Positions 50,093 through 61,159 of a stretch of 64,000 bases of DNA are shown in pieces. The stretch covers positions 3,596,001 to 3,660,000 of the forward strand of contig CP089276.1 in the NCBI GenBank assembly GCA_023920165.1, written 5' to 3'. Position 1 is the first letter of the stretch; every line of letters starts with the position of its first letter. A program made the position numbers and the translations under genes. This DNA comes from Curvularia clavata. Its lineage: Eukaryota. The notes below the pieces were generated by a model. That model did no database searches. It had not been told where the DNA came from and was given only the letters and a program-made list of their open reading frames with translations.

Positions 50093-51373
50093 ATGCTACC
50101 AGAGTATATCCCCAATTTTCTTGCCACACTCGCGCACCCACCCTGGACGGAACCATTGAGGCACCACCTCTACATGACGCTAAGCGGTGAACAGCGAACG
50201 CCCTTTGCCCTTTACGTTCAGCCTAGCGCTACCAGTACCAATTCTATCTGCCAAAACAGCTTGTTTATACTATTCAACGCCCTACCAGCGGAGCTTCAGC
50301 TTCGCATTCTTACCTTTTGCTCTGCTTCTACTCTCTTTCAGCTTATGAGGGTGTCTTCCAGTTTGAGAGTGGAAGCTAGGAAGCTCTTTTGGGCTCATCC
50401 GGATGCATACTTTGTCGTTGAGGCACACTGGTTTTTCGACGGTGGGTACGCTGGCTACACCTACAACGACCTGGCCTTTCTAGCCCAGGTGCAAAATATA
50501 CAGATTGATTATGAACCTGGATCACACGAAGTCTGCCCATTGCATGATGATGGGATTGAGGAGGTCCGGCAAGATCGAATCGAACACTTCTGGCAGACTG
50601 TCCAAAAGAGGTGTCCGAGGGCGAAGAGGATCATTATTAATCACGATTGGGTGCCGATATCAACAAGAAAAGAGACGCATTGTGTTCCAAGGGCGCTACA
50701 GCACCTAGTTCGATTGTCGCCCTCTGAGATTACAACGTGTACATTTGTTGTTGAGCACGCCAATAATTTTGCAGGTAGTATTGCAAGCGATCCGTCTTCG
50801 GAGAAGTGTCAAAGAGCAGTGTATCAACTATGCCCAGACGGATCATGGGAGAAGACCAAGTCAGGGCAAGACTGGAAGACAGTGCTCGTGCCAGCAAAGC
50901 AATTTTCAGGCCCTGTAGGACAATTCCATGAATTACAGTACAGAGGGTCACTTTTCTTTCTAGAAGAGGATGGGCTATGGCCGATTCTAGTAGAGGCCTT
51001 AGATCGCTATCATTTTGATGGAGGCAGAAACCAGCCATTTTCCTGTCCGTCGGCTAGGTGCGATGGATATTTTCAAAAACCAGGGGAGTGGACGATACAT
51101 GCAGCAGAGTTCCATAATCAAGAGTGGATGGGCAGTAATTCTATAGACATGCTTCCAGAGGCAGTACAAGGTGACCTTGAAGAAGGCAGGGCAAGGGTAG
51201 CAAAGAAGAGAGAGGAGATGGCGCAAAGGGGTGAAAGGATTCGGGAAGAGTGGAATAGTGCCGGGCAAGAACAGCAAAGAGAGATTCGGCGTCTGTGGCT
51301 AGAGCAACTAAGAGATGATCCGCTATGGGAGACGGGAGAGGGGAGCTGGATCGATAACCGTCTTTGGCAGTAG
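50093..51373 (+). CDS. F-box-like domain protein (426 aa, intronless)
   Basis: LFNALPAELQLRILTFCSASTLFQLMRVSSSLR is F-box-like. A C-terminal CPSARC...H...H zinc-finger-like motif and a coiled coil follow. Confidence 0.75.
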   Translation: MLPEYIPNFLATLAHPPWTEPLRHHLYMTLSGEQRTPFALYVQPSATSTNSICQNSLFILFNALPAELQLRILTFCSASTLFQLMRVSSSLRVEARKLFWAHPDAYFVVEAHWFFDGGYAGYTYNDLAFLAQVQNIQIDYEPGSHEVCPLHDDGIEEVRQDRIEHFWQTVQKRCPRAKRIIINHDWVPISTRKETHCVPRALQHLVRLSPSEITTCTFVVEHANNFAGSIASDPSSEKCQRAVYQLCPDGSWEKTKSGQDWKTVLVPAKQFSGPVGQFHELQYRGSLFFLEEDGLWPILVEALDRYHFDGGRNQPFSCPSARCDGYFQKPGEWTIHAAEFHNQEWMGSNSIDMLPEAVQGDLEEGRARVAKKREEMAQRGERIREEWNSAGQEQQREIRRLWLEQLRDDPLWETGEGSWIDNRLWQ

Positions 51374-51905
51374 TTTTGGCGAGAGTTTCCATCTTCAGAG
51401 GATGGTTCAGTGTAGAGAGTTGGGTATAGGTACAAGGCAATTGATAGAATGTTAGAAGGGGTTTATAGAGTAGAGCAGAGATAATGGCAAAATGTAGCTG
51501 CTAGTTGATGAAGCCTGTCCTACTCAGGGATTCAATTTTGGAGTAGAGGAGTATCAAGAAACCAACCCCTATAGTCAATCCTCAATAGAGGTAAAGCTAG
51601 AATAACCTTGGTTCCATTGGGGGGTTTTAAATTTCCTGATTTTAATTCTGCTCGTTAGCGGGAAGCATATAGCTAAGGTCTAAATGTTAGGCTATTGGCT
51701 GGGTTTTAAGTACAGCACGAGATAGATCAGAAGTAGGTGTGAGCAAACAATCGTATACTCACGAGATGAACTACTAGAGAGTTTCTCTACTATTCAAGGG
51801 GTAGTTATACCTCCAAGCTGAGTAAGCCAATCGCTATCGGTCTGGACTGAGATGGTTTCTACACTTGGTGGGAGTTCTGAGGATGCTATGGCGAGCCAAG
51901 CCTTA

Positions 51906-54046
51906 ACGTATATGGTCAGTGCGTGCAACGGGTCAGACAATGCAACACCCCCTGCATCTCCAAGTATTGAACCCACCACTTTCAAATCCCCATAACTCCA
52001 CCACTATAACTGCTATCGAAAAAGCACTTACAGTAATCGATTCGCAAGGTCTAGAAGGACAAATCTCGTACCGTAAAGTTGCAAAAAACTTTAGTATTGC
52101 GCCGTCGACATTAACGCGTAGGCACCAAAACAAAACGCAGTCGCGTGCAGCCTTCACAGAACGACGACGGCTACTCACCCCACAACAAGAGAAATATCTT
52201 ATCAAACATATAGAAAAACTCTCCAAGCTTTATATACCACCTTCGCGAGAGATAATTAAAAAATATATTACCACTATCGCCCCATAGAAGCCTTCAGAGA
52301 GCTGGATTACAAAATTTCTACAGCAGAACAGAGAGAAGATTGTCTCCAGAAATACCGCCGGCATCAATCAGGTCCATAATAAAGCTAACAATTTTGAAGA
52401 TTATCGTAACTACTTACATCTCCTTTACGATTACCTCGAGAAATACGAAATCCAGCCACAGAATATCTACAATATAGATAAAAAGAGGTTCCTACTTAAA
52501 GTAACTTCTAGAACAAAAAGAGTATTTTCAAAGAGACTCTAGAATAAAAAGAAAGTTACAGCAGCTATCAGAGATAGTAGTAGAGAGTAGATAACAACTT
52601 TAGACTATATTTATACAGATAGGAGCTAGATAGACCCTATAGTAATCTTTAAGAGCAAAGATAGACTTCAAGACAGCTGGCTAGAGCACCTAAATCCATC
52701 CCAACACTAGATGTTTTTTACTACTAGTAAGTCAGGCTGGAGCAACGACAGCCTAGAATTATCTTAGCTTAAGCAGATATTCCACCGCCAAACTAAAAAC
52801 AAAGCAAAGCGTAACTACCAGTTACTACTCCTTAACGGTCATAGCAGCCATACTACTCCAAGTTTTATTGATTTCTACAACTCCCACAGAATACTACTCG
52901 TCGTGCTCCCCCCTCACTCCTCCCACCGACTCCAGCCACTCGACGTTAGCATATTCAAGCCTCTCTCCAGTGCGTACACTACAGAACTCAATAATCTTTC
53001 TCAGCAGAGTCAAGGCTTGGCGGAAGTGCATAAAAGTGATTTTTTATAGTTATTTTAGGCGGCATAGATATACGCCTTCACGTCTAGCAAAATACTAAGT
53101 AGTTTTGCAGCTACTAGCGTTCATCCGCGAGATGCCAATACCATTCTTAAACATCTCAAAATCTCAACACCACAACAAGATATACATACAGAACTTAGAG
53201 AGTATAGTAATAAAGATACAGCAAGATAGCTATCCAATTTTCTAGATAATACTATATTAGGTTATACGAAAGTTGTAGTCTCTACCGTAAAAGACACTAT
53301 AGCTTCACTCCAGGTAGCCAACAAGCTTTTACACTTCGAAAACAACCAACTACGTAAAGTTATTACTACTAAAAATCGTCTAAAAAAGCGCAAGAAGACT
53401 CTAGAACTCTAGCAATATAAAGAGTATCATACTCTAACAGTAGTATGGAGTCCTAGCACGGTGCAGGAAGCCAGAGCTTAAGAACGTCAACGAAAACACT
53501 AAAAAAAGCTAGATAAACTCCAAAAAAAAGAGCAACAACAAGAGAAAGCTGCTAATACAGCCCTGCGAAAAAAATTAATAGAAGAGGCAAGGACGTCGCA
53601 GAAGTTAAAGAAAATAGCAAGACAGCAAGAGAGAGAAATCAAAGCTAAAGAACTCCAGGCAAGACGCCTCAAGAAAGCTCGCGATCGCATAGCTGCAACT
53701 TCAAAAAAAGCTCGCAATAAGCAAAGTAAACCTAGACGAAAAGCTTCATCCAAGCAAAATCTAAAAAAGTCAAGTAGTAGTAGTAATACAGGCAGTCAAA
53801 GTAGTGGTGTGTCTGCATCGTCAGATACGCAGCCCATTACCAAAACTACCACACGCGGCCGCAATATTAAGCTGCCAAAGAAACTTAAGTAGATAGCATT
53901 GATATTTAGTATATTTAGACTACTCCACCAGAAATTCTCATGATAATAGCTTTTGTGTGGGCGTCTACAGCCTCATTTTTGGTGGGTGGACATGGTGGTG
54001 GGGGTGTTGCATTGTCTGACCCGTTGCACGCACTGACCACATACGT
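51906..54046 (+). mobile_element. Tc1/mariner superfamily (Fot1/pogo-type) DNA transposon, full length, inactivated by RIP
   Basis: 47-bp TIRs (51906-51952 and 54000-54046, starting ACGT, one mismatch) flanked by TA on both sides. Remnants of the HTH (SYRKVAKNFSIAPSTLTRR) and DDE_1 motifs (NIYNIDKK, LLLNGHSSH, PHSSHRLQPLDV) carry many TAG/TAA stops, and TpA is enriched. Confidence 0.95.
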
Positions 54047-54818
54047 TATCCCTTTCGGAGTAGCGCGCTGGCTTAGATCCTGTTACCTCCGAGTTACTCC
54101 ACTCAATCGAGTTTGTACCACCATCTTGTCTGTTTTGCTTGCCTTGTGCTTTAGGCCACTGTAGCCACTGCAAAGAAGGAGTTTACTTCGGTTGAGAAGC
54201 GCAGGCATTCATCTCGCTCTGCCTTCCCAGAGTTTTATGTGATAATGCTTCTCGAATATGGACTTGCAGAGTCAGGAGATAGGCGGATATCCGGATGTTT
54301 ATCCCTCAAAAGGAAATTGTTTGGAGATCGCCGTCAAGGAAGCGGTGCTGAAATCAAACCCCTGACTCAACTGTTGTATTTTACTACCATGGTATGCTGA
54401 TGCGCCCAGCTTAATTTTCTCTGCGCTAGCAGTTAGTTCAAATAGTTGGATTATCGCGATGTAGAGGCATGCAGCTCGCCAAAGCTGCATGCGTATAATA
54501 CTTATTCCGCGATGACCCACACGTGCGTCATTATGCATGTATTTGAGCCAGGACTTACCACTTCGAGCCGGACGTTGACAGTTCGTCCTCAAAAACTTCC
54601 AATTAGTAGGCCCGATTATGGAATGCGGATATGACACCGACTTTCCTTATCTGTGACACCCATGCAGGCGGCTTGAAAGATCCGGGCTGAACGCTGATAG
54701 TTCCACAGTATTAATTGCTAGTAGATCTCCGCAAAATCGGGTTCCTGCATTCTCTTTCGCCAACTCCACTAGCCACCCACCTGCTTGGAACACCTGGAGC
54801 ATTTCTGCTGAATACAGC

Positions 54819-55895
54819 ATGCGAACTTCAATTCTCAACACAGCTGTGTGGCTGGCGTTCACCAGTGCCTTCAGCTCAGCAACACCTCAATATGGCCATT
54901 CCAAGACCCAACTGAAGCACTGGCCTCCCGAGGCTGCTGAAAAGCTGGGTGCCATGATCGCAAGAAATGCGAACAAAAAAAACTATGCTGTATTCGATAT
55001 GGACAACACAAGCTGGCACTACGACATCGAAGAGTCACTTCTTCCCTTCCTCGAGAACCGCGGCATTCTAAAGCGCGAGAATCTGGATCCGAGCCTCAAG
55101 CTGATCGACTTCAAAGACACGGCAAATTTCACAGAATCCCTTTTCAGTTACTACAATCGCCTGTGCGATATTGACACATTTCTGTGCTATCCGTGGGCTG
55201 CGCAAGTATGGTCCGGGTTCACGCTTCGTGAACTAAAGGGCTACGTCGATGAATTAATGGCGTTTAATTCGACCATAAAAACCCAGTACTGGGATGGCGA
55301 CGAGGTTATAACGAGCTCAGTCCATACTCCACAGCCATTCAAGGGTATCTTGGAACTTTACTCTGCCCTCCAGAGCAACGGCATCGCTGTTTACATCATG
55401 AGCGCTTCACACGAAGAGCTTGTGCGCATGGTAGCTAGCGATCCCAAGTACGGATACAACGTACCGCCTGAGAATGTTATTGGAGTCACTACAGTTCTCA
55501 AGAACGCTACATCAGGCGAGCTCACGAATGCGCGAAAACAGATTGCCGCAGGCACGTACAACCAAACTGCTAACCTCGACTTGGTTGTTACACCCTATCT
55601 CTGGACTCCCGCCACCTGGTTCGAAGGAAAGTGGGCAGCGATACTCAAATACATTGATCCATGGAAACGCCCTATCTTGGTCGGCGGCGATACTCCTGGA
55701 AGTGATACGTATATGCAGTTTCATGGAGTTGACGTCCAAAAAGGTGGAATTCATCTATGGATCAACCGCAAAGATTCATACTTCAAGCAGTTGCAGGAGG
55801 AGATTAAGAACAATACTCAGGGGCAGATTGCGAATGGAAGAGAAGTCACGGCAAATAAGAACTGGGTTTATGTAAAGCCCGATGAGATATCGTAG
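54819..55895 (+). CDS. Secreted HAD-family phosphorylcholine phosphatase (PchP-like)
   Basis: Signal peptide. Motifs YAVFDMDNT (I), SASHEELVR (II), K (III) and GDTPGSD (IV). Segments such as ESLFSYY.RLC.ID, FTLRELKGYVDELMA and TPYLWTPATW match Pseudomonas aeruginosa PchP as I recall it. Confidence 0.88.
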   Translation: MRTSILNTAVWLAFTSAFSSATPQYGHSKTQLKHWPPEAAEKLGAMIARNANKKNYAVFDMDNTSWHYDIEESLLPFLENRGILKRENLDPSLKLIDFKDTANFTESLFSYYNRLCDIDTFLCYPWAAQVWSGFTLRELKGYVDELMAFNSTIKTQYWDGDEVITSSVHTPQPFKGILELYSALQSNGIAVYIMSASHEELVRMVASDPKYGYNVPPENVIGVTTVLKNATSGELTNARKQIAAGTYNQTANLDLVVTPYLWTPATWFEGKWAAILKYIDPWKRPILVGGDTPGSDTYMQFHGVDVQKGGIHLWINRKDSYFKQLQEEIKNNTQGQIANGREVTANKNWVYVKPDEIS

Positions 55896-56413
55896 GATGA
55901 AAGAGCATCACGTGATGTTAGGGGACCGTGCGCGCTAGCTAGTAATGTAAAGGTTGAGCTTCCACTTTCTCCCGCTATCTTCCCTCCTCTACCTCCGCGA
56001 CACATGCCCAACCTTGGTTTGCGGGAGTGCGCAGAAAAGTATGCGCTGCATGGCGATCATCCACAGATGCAGGTACGTGTCAATCCCGGCTGGCCCTCTT
56101 CAATGCCATCTGCACATGACGATCCAACATTACACTTGAACCAAGCGTCCCCTGTTCCCGCTCGATTCTCGCGCATGGCGCGGTTTGTGTATACTAGCCC
56201 GCATGCAAGAGGTTGTAGCAGGCTTGAGACACGATGCGCGAGTAGAAGATAGCTCTGATGATCTACGTCAACATTGTTGCCATTCAGGGGTCCAGATAAA
56301 CGGTCATTAATACGAATCCAGATACCTTCCCACATATCCTCGTCTCTCCAGATATCTCAGATATATGGCATGTATCGGGATAGGGACGTCAAAAGCCTTT
56401 GGAGTCCTTTCTA

Positions 56414-57693
56414 TCATTGCAATCCATCTCTTTCCACAATCAAGTCGCTCAAATCGTGAACCTCCTCTTTCTTGACTTCCTGTGCTGCTGAGTGCAAGGT
56501 GCTGGGTGGCGGTGTATTGTCTGGTTCGTTGTACCACATCTGGCGAGAATGGCCCAGTATACTCTGCTGGATCACTGCGCTCAAGATCTGCATCACACTG
56601 GCGGCGGCAGTGTCTTTGACGAGGCTCTTGTCTTTGGTATAGTGTCGGAACATGGTACCATTGCAATTGCTGACGTCCTCATTTACGGTGGATTGGCTCA
56701 GCACATCTTCGCGAAAACCCGGCCAGCCTACAGCGTCGTCACAAGGCAAGGCAACAATCGTCTCTGGTGTCTTGTTAAAGTCATAGCGGATGTATTCGGA
56801 GAATGCGCGCTGTTCGTGGCTCCATTCGTATTTCCATTGTGAGCAGCCTTCGTAACGCGTGTCGGACGTGCAGTCGCGCCATGCCTCAAGCAGTTCTAGT
56901 GTGGTACTCGAGTTTTGGGCGATGACGAGGCCAGTGTTCAGGACGCGAAGCCCCTTGCTGTCTGTGCTGATGGATGCGCCCTGGCGAATCTCCTCGGTAT
57001 CCCATGGCAGAGCCATGGATGTTCCCTCCTGAATGCCCCAACGATTGAACAACCATTCCAATGGGAGTTCCAGATGTGTAACGACAACGTCCGCGTCCAT
57101 TGCCACTACGAACTGATAGTCGGGTAGCAGTTCACGAAATACGTGAGGCGAAATCCAGGTGTTGTAGTGATCTTTCATCTCACGCGCGTGGTAGAACTTG
57201 TAGTCATACCCGTGGATCATGGCGTATAGATAATGATTCATCATTGCGGTGGACACCAGGCCGCCATTCTTGCTCTTCAGAGTTTCCCAGTCTATCCGTT
57301 CTGGGTTTAAGAGTTCATTCTCTCCAGTAGGGTTGCGTGTATCGATGTCGACGATCAAGACTTTCTTGCCCAAGGGCTTTTTCCAGATTGGGTTCCCTGC
57401 TCCTTTGTAATACGTGCCGGACGGGTCGGTATAGCCAGGCGCGCGAGGATCGTGCTTGATAGACTGGAAGAGGCGAGTGATCGTCTCTCGCAGGTCGGAC
57501 TGAGACGACCTGGGGTAATGATTAGCACATGTCTAACACCAAACTGAAGTCTCTAAAATGCGTACCTGTATGAGGGCTCTACGATTTTGTCAATCACTAT
57601 CGCACCTTGCTCCCTGAATCTGTAGGAAGAAAACGTCACAATGACTATAAAGATAGCGATGACGATGATATAGGTGCGCTGAGCGGCCAGCAT
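56414..57693 (-). CDS. Golgi type II membrane glycosyltransferase, GT34-like (galactosyl/mannosyltransferase), 2 exons
   Basis: N-terminal anchor MLAAQRTYIIVIAIFIVIVTF, then an intron. Motifs NHYLYAMIHGYDYKF, MDAD (DxD), LNTG and HEQ. Confidence 0.8.
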
Positions 57694-59017
57694 TTTCAAA
57701 CAAGTGCACATGCACGATGCGTGACATCAAACACAACCTGTTGAATAGGTACAGTGTGATGGGGGCAGAGGCAGAGGTAACGAAGACCAAGACGAAAAGT
57801 TTGACTGCGGGCTCCGTCAGCGAACAAAGCCATCATCTTATCGAGGCCGGTTTGGGTTACGAGGCTTATGAATGCGCGTCACCGACATCTACAATCTCAT
57901 TCGCCTGCAACGGCGTATCTTAATACGACACAGGCTAGCGGAAGTCTTGGAAAAGCTGAGACCATGAATCGGTGATTTTAGTCTTATTTCTGATCGGTCC
58001 AGAACGAATATGAAGAACTAGCCCTACAGCTCGCTGTGCGGCTATGTATAGAAGCCACTACATGTCACTACAGCAGCTCGAGTGGTCCAATCGAAAGTTC
58101 GGTTTTGAAGTTTCTACACCCGTCGAACACGTCGTGAACCTAACAAAGAAAGCTGAAGAGAGCTGCTTCATCGACAGCTTGGTGGGGCGATGACCGATTT
58201 CCAAGCATATCGTAGTAAGGTTACGCGTAATCCTAACACGCTACTGTGAAAGCTTCGCTGACGTCGATCCAAAACGAGGGCGCCAACTGTATCTGACTAG
58301 CGCTATCAAAAGGTGACGCTATCTGAGCTGGAAAAAAGCATGGGAGCTTACTACACATAAAAGCTATCAAGCCGAGCTGAGCTCTCCAGACACGATAGAA
58401 TGCGCTGCAGTCCTGCTGATCTAGAGCACAAAGAAAGTGAGCCACTCTCCGCGGACGACGCGCAACAGAGTGCGTGGGCATCCCTTTCTAAAATACCGAA
58501 TTTGCAACCTTGACGGGAGCATGGCAGTTAAAATCCAGGTATCCCGTGGCTGTGTATTTCAGTTGCGACGACATTGGTAAATGTCAGTTTCGGGAGCTAG
58601 CGGAGATGAAACGTCCACTACTATGGGTGGGGTCGCTTCAGCAAACGAGCTGTCGAGGTAAGTAGGCGCACGGAAAGCAGGCGATCCGTGCTATCATGTG
58701 AAATATGTATATTCGGAAGGTCATCAAAGTATTGCCTTGGGTCTTGCTAATGCGCTTTGATTTTCGACTACTGCTGACATGCTGATCGGATCCTGGGACT
58801 GAGGCGTAGAATAGAAAGGGGTACGGACCGAGAGGAAGATCAGCTGACTGCGACATTACTGGACGAACTAAAGAGCGAGCATACATATGAGCAAGGAACA
58901 AGGAACCGCTTTCTCGTATTTGCTATTGTACAATTTGTGTCGACGCTTTGGACGAAACGGCCATTTAAGTATGTCGGCTGCGCAAACGCTCGTCTGGAAA
59001 ATCAGCTAAGTTTACAA

Positions 59018-59095
59018 GTATGCCAACCAGCTTCGGTATGCCAGCCCGTATGCCAACTTGTATGTCAACTCGTATACCAGCCAGTATGCAAACCA
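59018..59095. repeat. Degenerate 12-bp tandem repeat (GTATGCCAACCA consensus, 6 units)
   Basis: Units are gtatgccaacca, (gcttcg spacer), gtatgccagccc, gtatgccaactt, gtatgtcaactc, gtataccagcca and gtatgcaaacca. Confidence 0.8.
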
Positions 59096-59105
59096 ATCAA
59101 ACCAT

Positions 59106-60302
59106 TCACCCTTCTACACCACGCTCTGGTGACTTATCCCTGCCCTCCAGCCGCGCCAGTGTGTTCTCACGGTTTACCCGAGTGCACCACTGTTGAAAAA
59201 CATAGTCCGCGTGTTTTCCTTCGATAAATTCCAGCAGCTTCGCGGACTCCCATCGATCATTTGGGGACGTTTCCAAGGCTGCCATCATGCAGTCGTTCAA
59301 TTCGTCTGAGTACTTGGGGCTGGGCCTATCCTGGCGGAACTTGATGGCACGTTCGTCCTTTCCACCAAAGTCTGGATCCGACAGAACGGCCATGATGGGC
59401 ATACGGGCGCGAGGCTCCAGGTTGATGGGAATGACTCTGCGAGGTGCCTTTGCCGCCCAATAGTTGGTCTTGTGAGCCTCGGTCCAGTTCTCAGGGTATA
59501 TGACCTCTTTGTGTTCCTTAAGCCAGTTCTCCTCGACCAATTCCGGACTCACAACTGGTCCGAAGTTATGTGCCAGCTCGTGAATGACAGCAGCGACACC
59601 CCAGACGTCGCTCTTGGGCGTGAGGAGCTTCGTCTGCCACGTGGCTTCGGGTGGCCAGTAGTATGTCGTGCCGATAAATCCGCGAGGGTTTGGGTTGCTA
59701 GGTTCGTAGAAGCCGGCCATGCCAAAGTCTCCAAGCTTGATAACGATATCAGACCAGTCGTCTTTGGATCCCAAGGTCTTGACGAAGATGTTTTCAAATT
59801 TGATGTCCCGGTGCACAATAGGCTTCCAGTTGTCGCGGCCGCGAGGATGCTCGGCGTCGACACCCTTGTGCAGGAAGGCAATGGCCTTGACCAACTGCGT
59901 ATATACTGACCACATAAAGGGCTCAGAGTAGTCGTACCGATTCTTCTCAATACTCATGGTACGAAAGCCAAAGAGATCGCCTTGAGGACAGTACTCAAAC
60001 AGAATTGAAATCTCACCCGAAGACGGCTGACCCTCGTGGTGGCCGAGGTACTTGACGATGGACTTATGGGCAGGCAGATCTCGGAGAACCTCAATCTCGG
60101 GGGACATGCGTGGGGGCTTGTTAATTACCTTTACGACGATGACGGTCCGTGACCGCATATGCGTCCACTGCTCGATGTCTCCTTGCGAGCCTTTCATGAG
60201 GAGCCTCTCATACTTGTGTGCCGTCGGAAAGCCGGCAGACAGGTCGATGGGCTCGGGTGCACGAGGCTGGTAGCGCCTGAATGTGCGGAAATTGCAAGGC
60301 AT
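59106..60302 (-). CDS. Ser/Thr protein kinase (divergent, loosely NEK-like), intronless
   Basis: Motifs VVK, HKSIVKY, FEYCPQGDL, HRDIKFENIF, KLGDFG, GTTYYWPPE and SDVWGV. Confidence 0.9.
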   Translation of the reverse strand: MPCNFRTFRRYQPRAPEPIDLSAGFPTAHKYERLLMKGSQGDIEQWTHMRSRTVIVVKVINKPPRMSPEIEVLRDLPAHKSIVKYLGHHEGQPSSGEISILFEYCPQGDLFGFRTMSIEKNRYDYSEPFMWSVYTQLVKAIAFLHKGVDAEHPRGRDNWKPIVHRDIKFENIFVKTLGSKDDWSDIVIKLGDFGMAGFYEPSNPNPRGFIGTTYYWPPEATWQTKLLTPKSDVWGVAAVIHELAHNFGPVVSPELVEENWLKEHKEVIYPENWTEAHKTNYWAAKAPRRVIPINLEPRARMPIMAVLSDPDFGGKDERAIKFRQDRPSPKYSDELNDCMMAALETSPNDRWESAKLLEFIEGKHADYVFQQWCTRVNRENTLARLEGRDKSPERGVEG

Positions 60303-61159
60303 GGGGAAGTGGTGGGGGGAGGTGAGGTGAGTGAAATGTATACGTACCCTTCGTTACTTTACTGTTCTACTTTCCTCCAGCTGAGTTGTAGAACTGCAGC
60401 TGTTGTTGGCGAGGTGGTGAGGAGCAAGAGTCAGGCATGTGAGCGAGCGAGAGTAAGTCAGCCGTTTCCTCCGTTTGCTCGTGGCTCGCTAATTTCAACA
60501 AAGCCTTCACTCTACATGACGGTGAGGAGTTCATAATGAGAGTGAGTGGGGCGCTTTGACCCTGGCACGTGTATATGTCTAAAAATGCAGTCCACCGCGT
60601 ATCGAGTGAAAGTGAACTCGAAAATGGTACCAGTATGGTAGCCATATATTTTGTATACGCCACTCTCATCCCTGATTGGTGAGATCTTGAAGACAGCCTT
60701 CAAGGCGTCTGTATTAGAGAAACCGGGGCAAACGGTGGGATTGTAGTCTCCGCTCTAACGTTGTAACCAAACGACGTCAACATAGACTCTTTGGGTAAAC
60801 TAACAACCCCTGCTGCGGATCATTGCCGACTGTTCTCTTGGCTTACAACAGATGAAGCTACTGGCCGTGCAGGAGTGTGCAACATACGCTATATTTAGCT
60901 GGCCCGCAAAAGCAATTGAATACCGCTGACTATTTTTCAAGAGTAGCGGTTTCGTCTGCTCGTTGCTAGGCGTTTATGCCGTGACATTCTCGGCTGAACA
61001 CGTAAAGGTACAATGATACGCCACAGGCAACACGGAGAGTCCTGTTCACGAAACAACACATGCAGCCGCATCATTCTTGGCAAGTTTTTTGTTCGAGCAA
61101 TAAATACATCGTGCTTAATTCACTGCCTCAATCCTAGTTCCATCCAAAGAGCCTACATC

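Noticed and set aside
36000..54000. Accessory zone as a Starship-type giant element
   Set aside because: No tyrosine recombinase captain gene or element boundaries are visible in the window.
59018..59095. Repeat array as a CRISPR-like structure
   Set aside because: The context is eukaryotic, and the 12-bp units have no unique spacers. It is a minisatellite.
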